A DNA stretch of 64,000 nt, from contig CAVQTR010000003.1 of the NCBI GenBank assembly GCA_963716685.1, positions 3,225,500 to 3,289,499 on the forward strand. Reading direction: 5' to 3'. A program made the translations under genes and the position numbers. Source of the DNA: Bryobacterales bacterium. GTDB taxonomy: Bacteria > Acidobacteriota > Terriglobia > Bryobacterales > Bryobacteraceae. A model generated the notes under the pieces. That model did not search any database. It was given only the letters and a program-made list of their open reading frames with translations, and had not been told where the DNA came from. Positions 50,368 through 59,027 of this stretch are shown one piece after another. The number at the start of each line of letters is the position of its first letter. Within the stretch, counting starts at the first letter, position 1.

Positions 50368-51279
50368 TCAGAGCTGGAGCGTGCCGGTGAGCGAGCGGAC
50401 ATCGGAAATGCGCTGCCGGGCCAGGAACGCAGCAAGTTCCTGAGCGATGCGGCGCGGCGCGGCGGGATCCCAAAACGTGGCGGTGCCGACTTCGACGGCG
50501 GTGGCGCCGGCGATGAGGAACTCGGCGGCATCTTCGCCGGAGGCGATGCCGCCCATGCCGATGACGGGAATGCGGACGGCTTTGGCGGCCTGATAGACCA
50601 TCCGCAAAGCGATGGGCTTGATGGCCGGGCCGGAAAGTCCGCCAAAGCCGGCGCCGATGCGGGGTTTGCGCGTGCGGGCGTCAACCGCGAGCGAGATAAA
50701 CGTGTTGACGAGCGAAACGGCGTCGGCGCCGGACTGCTCGGCGGCCAGCGCGAGCGGTTCGATGCGGGCGACGTTGGGCGAGAGCTTCACGATGACCGGG
50801 CGTCGCGCAATCACTTTTACCGACGCGACGAGACCGGAAAGCGCGTCGGCGTCGTTTGAAAAGAAGATGCCGCCGTGTTTCGTATTCGGGCAGGACACGT
50901 TGAGTTCATAGCCGGCGAGACCTTCGGCATCTTCAAGGACGCGTACAACTTCCACATAGTCCTCGGCGGCGTAGCCGAAGACGTTGGCGAAAACGGGCGT
51001 GCCGACGGAGCGCAGCGCGGGCAGTTTTTCGCGGACGAAAGCGCGGACGCCGATGTTCTGGAGGCCGACGGAATTGATCATGCCCTGTTCGGCTTCCCAG
51101 AGGCGCGGCGCGGGATTGCCCTCAATGGGATCCTTCGACAGGCCTTTGACCACGATGCCGCCGAGCGCGCGGAGGTTGACGAGATCCTGAAATTCCAGGC
51201 CGTACCCGAATGTGCCGGACGCCGCGATTACCGGGTTCGCGAGCGGGATGCCACAAATGGAGACGGCCAGGCCATGCAT
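50368..51279 (-). CDS. pyrD: dihydroorotate dehydrogenase (class 1, catalytic subunit)
   Basis: Motifs NPVIAASGTFGYG, ...GGIVVKG..., ...VIGMGGI.... 303 aa. It is separated from pyrRBC by about 8 kb. Confidence 0.85.
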   Translation of the reverse strand: MHGLAVSICGIPLANPVIAASGTFGYGLEFQDLVNLRALGGIVVKGLSKDPIEGNPAPRLWEAEQGMINSVGLQNIGVRAFVREKLPALRSVGTPVFANVFGYAAEDYVEVVRVLEDAEGLAGYELNVSCPNTKHGGIFFSNDADALSGLVASVKVIARRPVIVKLSPNVARIEPLALAAEQSGADAVSLVNTFISLAVDARTRKPRIGAGFGGLSGPAIKPIALRMVYQAAKAVRIPVIGMGGIASGEDAAEFLIAGATAVEVGTATFWDPAAPRRIAQELAAFLARQRISDVRSLTGTLQL

Positions 51280-51281
51280 TC

Positions 51282-52112
51282 CTCAGGCAGTGTAGCAGGC
51301 AAGATCGGTAAAGGCTTCGGAACGGCGATCGGCACTCAGGACGACTTCCACCGACATCTCCTTATGATTACGGACGACGGTGAGGGTGACGGATTTGGCA
51401 GCGTTGGGCGGGAGGATTTTCATGGTGATGTCGCCAGGGCTGCGAATGGCATCGCCGCTGACGCGGGTGATTACGTCGCCGGCTTTCAGACCGGCCCGCT
51501 CGGCGGCGGAATTTTTCGAAACGAACCGAATCAGGACTCCTTCGTGAACGCCGAAGTAATCGGCAAGCTGGGAATTGAGGGCTTCGCTTTCAATTCCGAG
51601 GCGGGGGAAGCGAGCGGAATCTCCGGCATATTGGGCATATTGGGCATGGCAGGCATCACTGGCATCGCCGGCAGGGCGGAGAGATTCGGCATGGTGAAAG
51701 AGAAGCCACCGCGTCCGGAGCGGGCTTCGATAGTGACTGGAAGCGTTTGGAGCGAGCCGTTGCGGCTGATCTGGAGGGAGACTTTGCGGCCGGACGGCGT
51801 TTCCGAGACCATTCGGATGAACTGGTTGATGCCTTCAATGCGCTGGCCGTTGTAATCGAGAACGACGTCGCCCTCTTTCAGTCCGGCTTTGGCAGCCGGG
51901 CTGTTTTCATCGACATACTTGATCTCGACACCACGCTCTTCCTTTAGTTTTAAGGCTTTGGCCCGATCGGAATCGATTTCGACGACGGCGACGCCGAGGT
52001 AACTGCCGGGCTGCGCGACGAGGCTGGTGACGGAACGCGCACGCGGCGCGGGGGCCGGCGCCTGCGCCATCAGGGCAAACAGCGCTGTGCATTGTGCAAG
52101 ATTGTGCATCAT
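51282..52112 (-). pseudogene. periplasmic PDZ-domain protein (two PDZ domains, MPxMP repeat linker), one frameshift near 51530-51580
   Basis: First PDZ in ORF 51531-52112 (GVEIKYVDENSPAAKAGLKEGDVVLDYNGQRI). Second PDZ in another frame (GVLIRFVSKNSAAERAGLKAGDVITRVSGDAI). Linker PAMPVMPAMPNMPNMPEIP. Confidence 0.55.
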
Positions 52113-52120
52113 TGTGCCTA
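52091..52120. repeat. three tandem 10-bp direct repeats ATTGTGCANN overlapping the start of the PDZ gene
   Basis: attgtgcaag attgtgcatc attgtgccta. The same 10-bp unit recurs at 53883-53920. Confidence 0.7.
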
Positions 52121-52975
52121 TTTCTTCCTTATATAGATGAAGCCGCCATTGGCGGAAATGCGCAGCAGCGGGCCTCCGCCATTGATGGCTCCTTCGGCGA
52201 GAACGGAGCTGCGGACCGATCTTACGCGGATGGCGGAAAAATCCGAAACGATGGACCGGCGGTCCGCCGAACCGGTATTTTGCGCCCGGATGCTGACATG
52301 GAGATTAGACGCAAGGTGGACGGTTATGTCACCGGCAGCGGTGGAGAGCATGGAATCCATGAGCATGAGGCCGGGGAAGAAGGTGGCGAAGATGCTGCCG
52401 CCGCCGGTCCACGCGCGGACGGGGCCGGTGGATTTCTGAATCACGATGTCGCCGCCGGCGGTTTGGAAGACAGCGCCGGAGTGAAGGGTGTCGGCACGGA
52501 TGGCGCCGCCGCCGGAGGAGCAGTGGATTTCGCCGCCGATGGAGCCAAGGGACGTGGGTCCGCCGGCGGAGTGGATTTCGACGCTGCCGCCGATGCGGCC
52601 GAGGGCGATGCGGCCGGCGGCCTGGGCGACGAGCGAGCCATTGAGATCGGCGACATCGAGATCGCCGCCGGGCGTATGGATGTTCAGGCGTTCAAGGGTG
52701 CGGGGCGCGGTGACTTCGAGCGAGTCGGCAGCAGGGGCCTGGAGAATGGTGAGATTTCCCTGACGGGTGAAAGAGATACGGGAATCACTGCCCGCGCGCC
52801 AGGTAAGCCGGGAGGAAGAGGTGCCTCGGAATTTGATGTTGCCGGGACAGAAGATCTGGAGGGCGCCGGCAGGGTCGATGGGTTCAGAGGACTGAGGGGA
52901 AAAGGCGTACAGGGGGGCAGTGCAGGCCAGGGCGAGAAGGGGCCAACGGAACTTAGAAAGTGCCGACGGACGCAT
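52118..52975 (-). CDS. DUF4097-type beta-helix repeat protein (putative adhesin family often encoded with anti-sigma factors)
   Basis: Signal peptide MRPSALSKFRWPLLALACTAPLYA. Repeated G(G/D)(D/S)I.. beta-strand motifs (TPGGDLDVAD, RIGGSVEIHS, SIGGEIHCSS, TAGGDIVIQK, AAGDITVHLAS). Confidence 0.55.
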   Translation of the reverse strand: MRPSALSKFRWPLLALACTAPLYAFSPQSSEPIDPAGALQIFCPGNIKFRGTSSSRLTWRAGSDSRISFTRQGNLTILQAPAADSLEVTAPRTLERLNIHTPGGDLDVADLNGSLVAQAAGRIALGRIGGSVEIHSAGGPTSLGSIGGEIHCSSGGGAIRADTLHSGAVFQTAGGDIVIQKSTGPVRAWTGGGSIFATFFPGLMLMDSMLSTAAGDITVHLASNLHVSIRAQNTGSADRRSIVSDFSAIRVRSVRSSVLAEGAINGGGPLLRISANGGFIYIRKK

Positions 52976-53852
52976 TCATCTCCTGCAACGCGCGCTGCAG
53001 GCGAACGCGAACATTGCTGTTGTCTTCCTTGCGAACCAGATTCTGGAGGACGCCGACCATGGAATCGTCGTGATGGGATACGAGCAAATCAATGACCTGG
53101 ATGCGGACGCCGGGGTTGGAATCGTTGAGGAGAACCTGGCTGAGGGCCTTGCGGACTTCGGCATTCGAGGCGAACTGACGGAGGCCGTCGAGGGCTTTGA
53201 GGCGGACGCCGGGATTGGGATCGTGCTCGACCGCATCGAGGAGGGCGCCGCGGACGTCTTCGGAGGACGCCATGTTTTTGAGAAGATCGACGGATTCGAC
53301 GCGAACGCCGGGATTGCTTTCCTCGCGGACGGCGGTGAGGAGGAGCTGGCGAATTTTCTGATCGTCGACGCCGCCTGAGACGACGCGGCGGTGAACGTCA
53401 TCGACCGAGATGCGGACGCGGCCGGAGGAATCGGGCTGAACGGAGCGGACGGTGGAGACGATGCCGCTTTCGAGCGCGCCGGAGGGGAGGAGGTCCGGGG
53501 TTAGGCGGGCGCCGAAATAGCCGATGGCGACGAGCGCGAGAGCGCCGGCGGGAATGCGGAGGGAGATGTGGGCATCCTGGAAAATCCGCTGCCAGAACGG
53601 CAGGCGGGGTTCGGGGAGGGATTCGCCGGCGCGGATCCGCGTGGCCAGGATCTGGCGGCATTCGACGAGCAGGTCGAGCGACGGCTCAAGTTCGGATTCG
53701 TTGAGGGCGGTGGAGAACATACGGAATTGGTCACATGAGGACTGGCAGGCGAGGCAAGCGGCGCAGTGGGCTTCGATGAGTTCTTCGGTTTCCGGCGGCA
53801 GTTCGCCATAGAAATAAAGGGGAACGGACTTCCGGACCTGGTCGCAGGTCAT
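52953..53852 (-). CDS. anti-sigma factor (N-terminal zinc-finger anti-sigma domain, predicted TM helix, C-terminal HEAT-like repeats)
   Basis: Start at the ATG at 53852 (MTCDQVRKSVPLYFYGELPPETEELIEAHCAACLACQ, zf-HC2-like). TM segment ALALVAIGYF. Repeats of ..NPGVR...D.L. The listed longer ORF begins inside the upstream tandem repeat and is not believable. Confidence 0.6.
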   Translation of the reverse strand: MTCDQVRKSVPLYFYGELPPETEELIEAHCAACLACQSSCDQFRMFSTALNESELEPSLDLLVECRQILATRIRAGESLPEPRLPFWQRIFQDAHISLRIPAGALALVAIGYFGARLTPDLLPSGALESGIVSTVRSVQPDSSGRVRISVDDVHRRVVSGGVDDQKIRQLLLTAVREESNPGVRVESVDLLKNMASSEDVRGALLDAVEHDPNPGVRLKALDGLRQFASNAEVRKALSQVLLNDSNPGVRIQVIDLLVSHHDDSMVGVLQNLVRKEDNSNVRVRLQRALQEMNASVGTF

Positions 53853-53882
53853 GACCGGGCACTCCTTTCCCGGGAGGCCGGC

Positions 53883-53920
53883 GTTGTGCAGGATTGTGCA
53901 GGATTGTGCAGAATTGTGCA
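53883..53920. repeat. four tandem 10-bp direct repeats (G/A)ATTGTGCAG in the 70-bp spacer between the ECF sigma and anti-sigma genes
   Basis: gttgtgcagg attgtgcagg attgtgcaga attgtgcaca. Same unit as at 52091-52120. Confidence 0.7.
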
Positions 53921-53923
53921 CAT

Positions 53924-54553
53924 TTAGGCAAGATCTCCCAGGACTGTGCGCATTTTTTGGGTGGCGCGGAACAGGCAGTTTTTGGCGGCTTCTTCGCTGG
54001 TGCCCAGCACTTCCCCGATATTCCGGAGGCGCAGGCCTTGAAAATGGCGCAATTCGAAGACAACGCGTTCGCGCGGGGTGAGGGCAGCGAGGGCGGCTTC
54101 AATGCGGACGCCGAGCTGGCGGCTAAACATGGTGCGCTCGGGATCGGCATGAGCGGCTTCTTCTTCCACGCGTTCCATGCGGTCGACAGGACCCTCTCCG
54201 GTTTCGATGACGGAGGATTCCTCCCGGCGCACTTTTCGTTTGCGCAGATGGTCGAGGCAGATATTGGTCACTATGCGATAGAGCCAGGTGTGAAAGCTGC
54301 AATCGAAGCGGAACGAGTGGAGGTTGCGGTAGACGCGGAGAAATGCCTCCTGATAGACGTCGCGGGCGTCTTCGGGGGACCGGAGGAGGTTGAGCGCGAT
54401 CCGGAGAACGCTCTGGTCGTAGGTGCGGACGAGGCGCTCGAACGCCTCCTGATCGCCGTTTTGGGCAGCGCGGATGAGGTCGCTTTCGACGGAGGCGGTT
54501 TTTTCGATGGCGGGCGCGAGGCGGATGGTGAGGGTTCCGGCGGCGTCGAGCAT
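53924..54553 (-). CDS. RNA polymerase ECF-type sigma-70 factor
   Basis: Start at the ATG at 54553 (MLDAAG..). Region 2 (YDQSVLRIALNLLRSPEDARDVYQEAFLRVY) and region 4 (LTPRERVVFELRHFQGLRLRNIGEVLGTSEEAAKNCLFRA). Confidence 0.8.
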   Translation of the reverse strand: MLDAAGTLTIRLAPAIEKTASVESDLIRAAQNGDQEAFERLVRTYDQSVLRIALNLLRSPEDARDVYQEAFLRVYRNLHSFRFDCSFHTWLYRIVTNICLDHLRKRKVRREESSVIETGEGPVDRMERVEEEAAHADPERTMFSRQLGVRIEAALAALTPRERVVFELRHFQGLRLRNIGEVLGTSEEAAKNCLFRATQKMRTVLGDLA

Positions 54554-54837
54554 CGTTACGGGTTTTGGACGGATTGAAACCGGAAACGTCACGCGCTTTT
54601 CCGGCCGAAGCACAGCCGCGGAACGAAGCCAATTGTGACAGGAATGGCGGCGCGGCGCATGAGGTTTTCAGTTCGAGGATACAACGGCGGGCGGAAGTCG
54701 AGTAGATAAGTCGTTGATTCCGTTGAGTGATATGAGAGTTACCGGGCGTGGCGAGGGGCATCGGCGCGGGGAGGTGAAACGGGAAGCGGGCGGCCCGCAC
54801 TACTCACCGACGCCCAAGGGGGCGCAGAGGAGATTCC

Positions 54838-55419
54838 ATGCAAGCTACGCAGACGCAACAGTCTTTCGCGATCACTCCGGCACGGATGGTTGCCCTGGTC
54901 GACTCGGTTTTGGAACGATCACCGACACTTCCGCTGCCTCCGCCCCGGCGGTTCGACAGCCTGATCCGCCAGGCCATTGCCCAAGTGGTGGGGCAGGCGG
55001 CGGAGCCGTGGCATTTGTTCGCGGCGGGGAGCCAGCCCAGGCTGAACCCGCAGCCACTGCCGCCGGGCGTCCGGTTTTTCCACGCAGTGGTGGATGTGAT
55101 GGTGAGCCGGGCGGAGATGCTGGACGAGTTTTCCCGCGCGATCACGGAAGAGGAGCGAGGCATTATCATCGTCGGCGGATATGTGAGTGAGTTTTCCGAT
55201 GACTTCTGCGGGAACGGGTTCCGACTGGTTTGGCCGTATCCGGGTCCGCCGCCGCCGTGGTTTACGAGTGAGCTGGACGGAGGCGATCTGCTGGTGATGG
55301 CGGGCCAGCTTTCGCGTTCCGCCGGCGAGGCGTTCGGCGTGGGATTGCGGGACGCGCTTTCGGGCGCCGCGAACCAGTTTGCGCGAACGGGATTTGCGCG
55401 CCTGCAGAACGCGGGGTAG
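54838..55419 (+). CDS. hypothetical protein
   Basis: ATG preceded by GGAGA 7 nt upstream. 193 aa of ordinary composition. The overlapping 220-aa minus-strand ORF is Pro/Ser-rich, antisense-like junk. Confidence 0.45.
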   Translation: MQATQTQQSFAITPARMVALVDSVLERSPTLPLPPPRRFDSLIRQAIAQVVGQAAEPWHLFAAGSQPRLNPQPLPPGVRFFHAVVDVMVSRAEMLDEFSRAITEEERGIIIVGGYVSEFSDDFCGNGFRLVWPYPGPPPPWFTSELDGGDLLVMAGQLSRSAGEAFGVGLRDALSGAANQFARTGFARLQNAG

Positions 55420-55486
55420 TTTGGGGCGGTTTCTTTTGGGGAAGGAAGGGCGCGTTTCTTCCCCACGGACGAGCTGGATGAGTTCG

Positions 55487-55750
55487 TTATTTGCCGGGCT
55501 GGAGGAACTTCTTCGTCGCTTCGGACGGCGTCAGGATTTCGCCATCGATCAGCATGCGTCCGGTATAGCCGCCTCCCGCTTCAAACTCCCAGGCCACGTC
55601 GTGGCCTTCGCGGGCGAGCTTTGCCCATTTGGTGCGCTTGGCCGAATTCTGTTCCAGCCAGAAATTGCCGTCCGCTGTGGCTAAAGAGCGGAGTCTGGCG
55701 TGGCCGGTGCGGTTGGTCCACGTTTTCATGTCGTGGAGGTTGGGTGGCAC
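55487..55750 (-). CDS. small hypothetical protein
   Basis: 87-aa ORF (..MKTWTNRTGHARLRSLATADGNFWLEQNSAKRTKWAKLAREGHDVAWEFEAGGGYTGRMLIDGEIL..) directly upstream of arsM on the same strand. No recognised domain. Confidence 0.35.
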   Translation of the reverse strand: MPPNLHDMKTWTNRTGHARLRSLATADGNFWLEQNSAKRTKWAKLAREGHDVAWEFEAGGGYTGRMLIDGEILTPSEATKKFLQPGK

Positions 55751-56592
55751 TACTGACAGAGTAACGGCTGGGTGGGGCAGCAGCCCGCAGGCTTCGTGGC
55801 GCGAATGAAGGCGCTGAAGAACCTGCCTTCGACAGCCGGAGCCATGGCGTCGACGTCAACGCCCTGCCCGCTAAGAAAGGTTCTTGCATCTTCGATGCTG
55901 TAAACCCGGGTCGGTTCGATTTCGACAGCATCAAAACCCGCTCCGGCCAGTTTGGCGACATACTCATCCTGGCCGAGCGCCCCGGCAATGCAGCCGACCC
56001 ACAGCAGCATGTTCCTGCGCACTTCGGCAGGGACTTCGCCGCGTGTGACAACATCCGACACGGCGAAACGCCCACCCGGTTTCAGGACGCGGAACGCCTC
56101 ACGGAGCACGCGATCTTTATCGGCGGACAGGTTAATCACGCAATTGCTGATGACCACATCGACCGAGTTGTCCGGCAGCGGGATCTGCTCGATCTCCCCT
56201 TTCAGGAATTCGACATTCTCCACCCCGGCTTTGCGCTGGTTCTCGCGGGCAAGGGCCAGCATTTCATCGGTCATATCGAGGCCCCAGGCTTTGCCAGCCG
56301 GGCCGACACGGCGGGCTGACAGCAACACGTCGATGCCGCCGCCGGAGCCGAGATCGAGCACGGTTTCGCCAGCTTTCAATTCGGCGAGGGCCGTGGGGTT
56401 GCCACAGCCGAGTGACGCCAGCACCGCTGCTTCCGGGACCGTGCCGGTTTGCGTGGCATCGTACAGGTTTGCGGTGATCGGGTCACAGCAGTTATCGAGA
56501 GCGGCCCCCGCGCCACAGCAGGAGCTGCCGCCCGTGTTGACACGCAGCGCCGCCTGACCGTATTTCTCTTTGACGATGTCTTTGAGTTCCAT
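55750..56592 (-). CDS. arsM: arsenite S-adenosylmethionine methyltransferase
   Basis: Start at the internal ATG at 56592 (MELKDIVKEKYGQAALRV...). Conserved Cys pairs (SSCCG...CC), SAM motif VLDLGSGGGID, ..VISNCVINL... 280 aa. Confidence 0.8.
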   Translation of the reverse strand: MELKDIVKEKYGQAALRVNTGGSSCCGAGAALDNCCDPITANLYDATQTGTVPEAAVLASLGCGNPTALAELKAGETVLDLGSGGGIDVLLSARRVGPAGKAWGLDMTDEMLALARENQRKAGVENVEFLKGEIEQIPLPDNSVDVVISNCVINLSADKDRVLREAFRVLKPGGRFAVSDVVTRGEVPAEVRRNMLLWVGCIAGALGQDEYVAKLAGAGFDAVEIEPTRVYSIEDARTFLSGQGVDVDAMAPAVEGRFFSAFIRATKPAGCCPTQPLLCQ

Positions 56593-56600
56593 CTCTTTAT

Positions 56601-56948
56601 TTACTGACACAGGCGAAAAATCGCTTTTGGCTGAATCGCTTTGTTTCGGGTGCAGCACTCGGCATAGAGGAAGCCCAAAAGCACCTGCAAGGCTTCGGCA
56701 TTCGCCGAGTACCAAAGATACGTTCCTTCGCGGCGCACTTTCACGAGGTCTTCGTTTTTCAACTTGTCCAGGTGATGCGAGAGCGTCGAGCCAGGGATAC
56801 TGAGTTCCGTCCCGATTTCGTTGACGACCATGCCCTCGGGATGCGCTGAGAGCAGCACCCGCATGATACGCAGGCGCGGGCCGGTTCCCATGGCGGAGAA
56901 CATATCCGCAAAACGGATGATTTCGTCTTCGGTTGGTTTCGCAGGCAC
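56601..56948 (-). CDS. arsR: ArsR family metalloregulator
   Basis: HTH region (RLRIMRVLLSAHPEGMVVNEIGTELSIPGSTLSHHLDKLKNEDLV) and a C-terminal CC pair. It lies 8 nt upstream of arsM. Confidence 0.8.
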   Translation of the reverse strand: MPAKPTEDEIIRFADMFSAMGTGPRLRIMRVLLSAHPEGMVVNEIGTELSIPGSTLSHHLDKLKNEDLVKVRREGTYLWYSANAEALQVLLGFLYAECCTRNKAIQPKAIFRLCQ

Positions 56949-57048
56949 GCTTCGTTGATTCTACCTCTATCGAAATATCGAAGCAAGCCTTTTCCGCGTT
57001 CCACAAGCGAAGGCAGCGCGTTGCCGCGGAGTGGAATAATCAGGGGAT

Positions 57049-58011
57049 ATGCGCGGACAAACTGTTTGGGCTCTGATGGTTTGCTGCACGACGCTGCTGG
57101 CGGAGACGCCCGCCATGTTCTGGAGCGATTCGTCGCGGCTGGGACGGCCGTTCGCGAAAGATCCGTCCGTGATTCGTTTTCAGGGGCGCTATCTGCTCTA
57201 TTACTCGATGCCGGCGGGCGGGGCGGCGAAGGGCTGGTCTGTGGGGATTGCGGAAAGCCGCAACCTGACGGATTGGACCAAGGTGGGGGAGATTCTTTCG
57301 GAAGCGGATTACGAGAAGCTGGGGCTTTGCGCTCCGTTTGCGAAGGTGATCGACGGCGAGGTTCACCTGTTCTACCAGACCTACGGGAACAAGGAGAAGG
57401 ACGCGATCTGCCATGCGAGTTCGAAGGATGGCCTGCACTTTACGCGGGATGCGAGCAATCCGGTGTTCCACCCGACCGGGAACTGGAATGCGGGACGGGC
57501 GATTGATGCCGAGGTAGCGGAGTTTCATGACCGCTGGCTGCTCTATGCGGCCACGCGCGACCCGCAGATGAAGGTGCAGATGATTGTGGGCGCCTATGCC
57601 GAAAAGGGAAAAGGTTTCGGACGGGATGCGTGGAAGATGCTGGCCGACGCGCCGGTTCTGAAGCCCGAGCTGCCGTGGGAGCGCGATTGCGTGGAGGCGC
57701 CGTCGATCGTTCGGCGCGGTGACGTTCTGTTTATGTTCTATGCCGGAGCCTATAACAATGCGCCCCAGCAAATTGGGTGCGCGAGGAGCAGGGATGGGAT
57801 TCACTGGGAACGGATATCGAAGGAGCCGTTTTTGGCGAATGGGCGCGAGGGTGAATGGAATTCGTCTGAGTCGGGGCATCCGGGGGTGTTTACGGATCAG
57901 GATGGGAAGGGTTATTTGTTTTACCAGGGGAATGCGGATCAGGGGCGGACCTGGTATTTGTCTTTTGTGAAGCTGGGGTGGCGGGATGGGCTGCCGAGGA
58001 TTGAGCGGTAG
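57049..58011 (+). CDS. GH43/GH130-like five-bladed beta-propeller glycosidase (DUF377-like)
   Basis: Signal-like N-terminus. Motifs DPSVIRFQGRYLLYYS, WSVGIAES.NL.DW, ...YAGAYNN..QQIGCARSRDGIHW. 320 aa. Confidence 0.65.
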   Translation: MRGQTVWALMVCCTTLLAETPAMFWSDSSRLGRPFAKDPSVIRFQGRYLLYYSMPAGGAAKGWSVGIAESRNLTDWTKVGEILSEADYEKLGLCAPFAKVIDGEVHLFYQTYGNKEKDAICHASSKDGLHFTRDASNPVFHPTGNWNAGRAIDAEVAEFHDRWLLYAATRDPQMKVQMIVGAYAEKGKGFGRDAWKMLADAPVLKPELPWERDCVEAPSIVRRGDVLFMFYAGAYNNAPQQIGCARSRDGIHWERISKEPFLANGREGEWNSSESGHPGVFTDQDGKGYLFYQGNADQGRTWYLSFVKLGWRDGLPRIER

Positions 58012-58574
58012 GGGGGATAGTGAACGCTGTGAGGTTGATCGCGGGTTTGAGCGCCGCATAGCAAGTTTCCGGTAACGCCGTTTTGCGTTCTCAATTCCGA
58101 TCACGGCTAGCGACCATCCGGCCACAAAAGTGTTCCGCTCGCGTGCAGTGCCGCCCAGTTCGAATCTATGACGGGGAGCCATCCGGAGTGGATTACGCGT
58201 TCTTCGGAGCCTCAAACTCAGAAGGCCGATTCTCGACGTTCCTGCAAAGTCCCGTTACCGGAAACTGACCCACCACACGTTATTCCGGCCGGTGCAAAAC
58301 CCTGTGTAGTCGCGAAGTATAGATCTACCCTTCGCCCTGATCGGGGCACAGCCTGGTCCTTCCGCTATGGATTTGTACCAGAGGCGCTCCGCCGACTCGG
58401 GCAATCAACAGTGCCGATTGCGTCGCGCAGAGATAAAGCATCTCACGAAACTTCGGAGTGAAGTCCGCGAACGACACGGACGCCAGAGCTAAAGGAGAGT
58501 GCCCCGCCGGTCTGCACTAGCTGAAGGTTTCATCAAATTGATCTCTCCAGTAGTTCTTTGGGGTAGCGTTGATT

Positions 58575-59018
58575 TCAGCCGGCTGCCGCGAATATCTTCG
58601 CCAATCTCTGTTGGCCGCCACGGCCGAGAATGTCCGCAAGAGTATAGCGGTTCAGAGAGGCGATAAACGCATCAAGTGCTTCCTTCAGCATTCCTCTAAG
58701 CGCGCAGACCGGCGCGATCTTACATGTGTTGGTTTTGTGGTCGAAGCACTCCACCAAACGCATGTTGGGTTCAGCGGTTCGAACCACCTCACCCAATCGG
58801 ACCAGAGCCGGTTCACGAAGCAGTGTAATGCCTCCGGAACGTCCCGGGTGGATTTTAACGTATTCGTGTTCGGCCAGCGTCTGGACCACCCGCACCAGGT
58901 GATGCTTCGAAATCTGATACGCTTCGCTGACGTCCTGCGTTCGGACTACGCGATTTGGATGGGCGCCCAGATAGACCAGCACGCGAAGCGCGTAATCTGC
59001 ATGTAAGCTTAACTGCAT
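58575..59018 (-). CDS. Rrf2 family transcriptional regulator (NsrR/IscR-like, three-Cys cluster ligands)
   Basis: MQLSLHADYALRVLVYLG HTH. Cys at CFDHKTNTCKIAPVC, the Fe-S ligand pattern of NsrR/IscR. Confidence 0.8.
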   Translation of the reverse strand: MQLSLHADYALRVLVYLGAHPNRVVRTQDVSEAYQISKHHLVRVVQTLAEHEYVKIHPGRSGGITLLREPALVRLGEVVRTAEPNMRLVECFDHKTNTCKIAPVCALRGMLKEALDAFIASLNRYTLADILGRGGQQRLAKIFAAAG

Positions 59019-59027
59019 TGCATCATG

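Noticed and set aside
54804-55466. 220-aa minus-strand ORF overlapping the 54838-55419 gene
   Set aside because: It is extremely Pro/Ser/Gly/Arg-rich with no start-site signals. The plus-strand ORF has a GGAGA SD and normal composition.
57040-58215. 391-aa minus-strand ORF
   Set aside because: It is antisense to the GH43/130-like gene. The product is Arg/Pro-rich with no motifs.
58100-58300. tmRNA, or a second tRNA, suggested by a GTTCGAATC T-loop-like motif
   Set aside because: No acceptor stem pairing, no 3' CCA context and no tag-reading-frame-like segment could be built on either strand.
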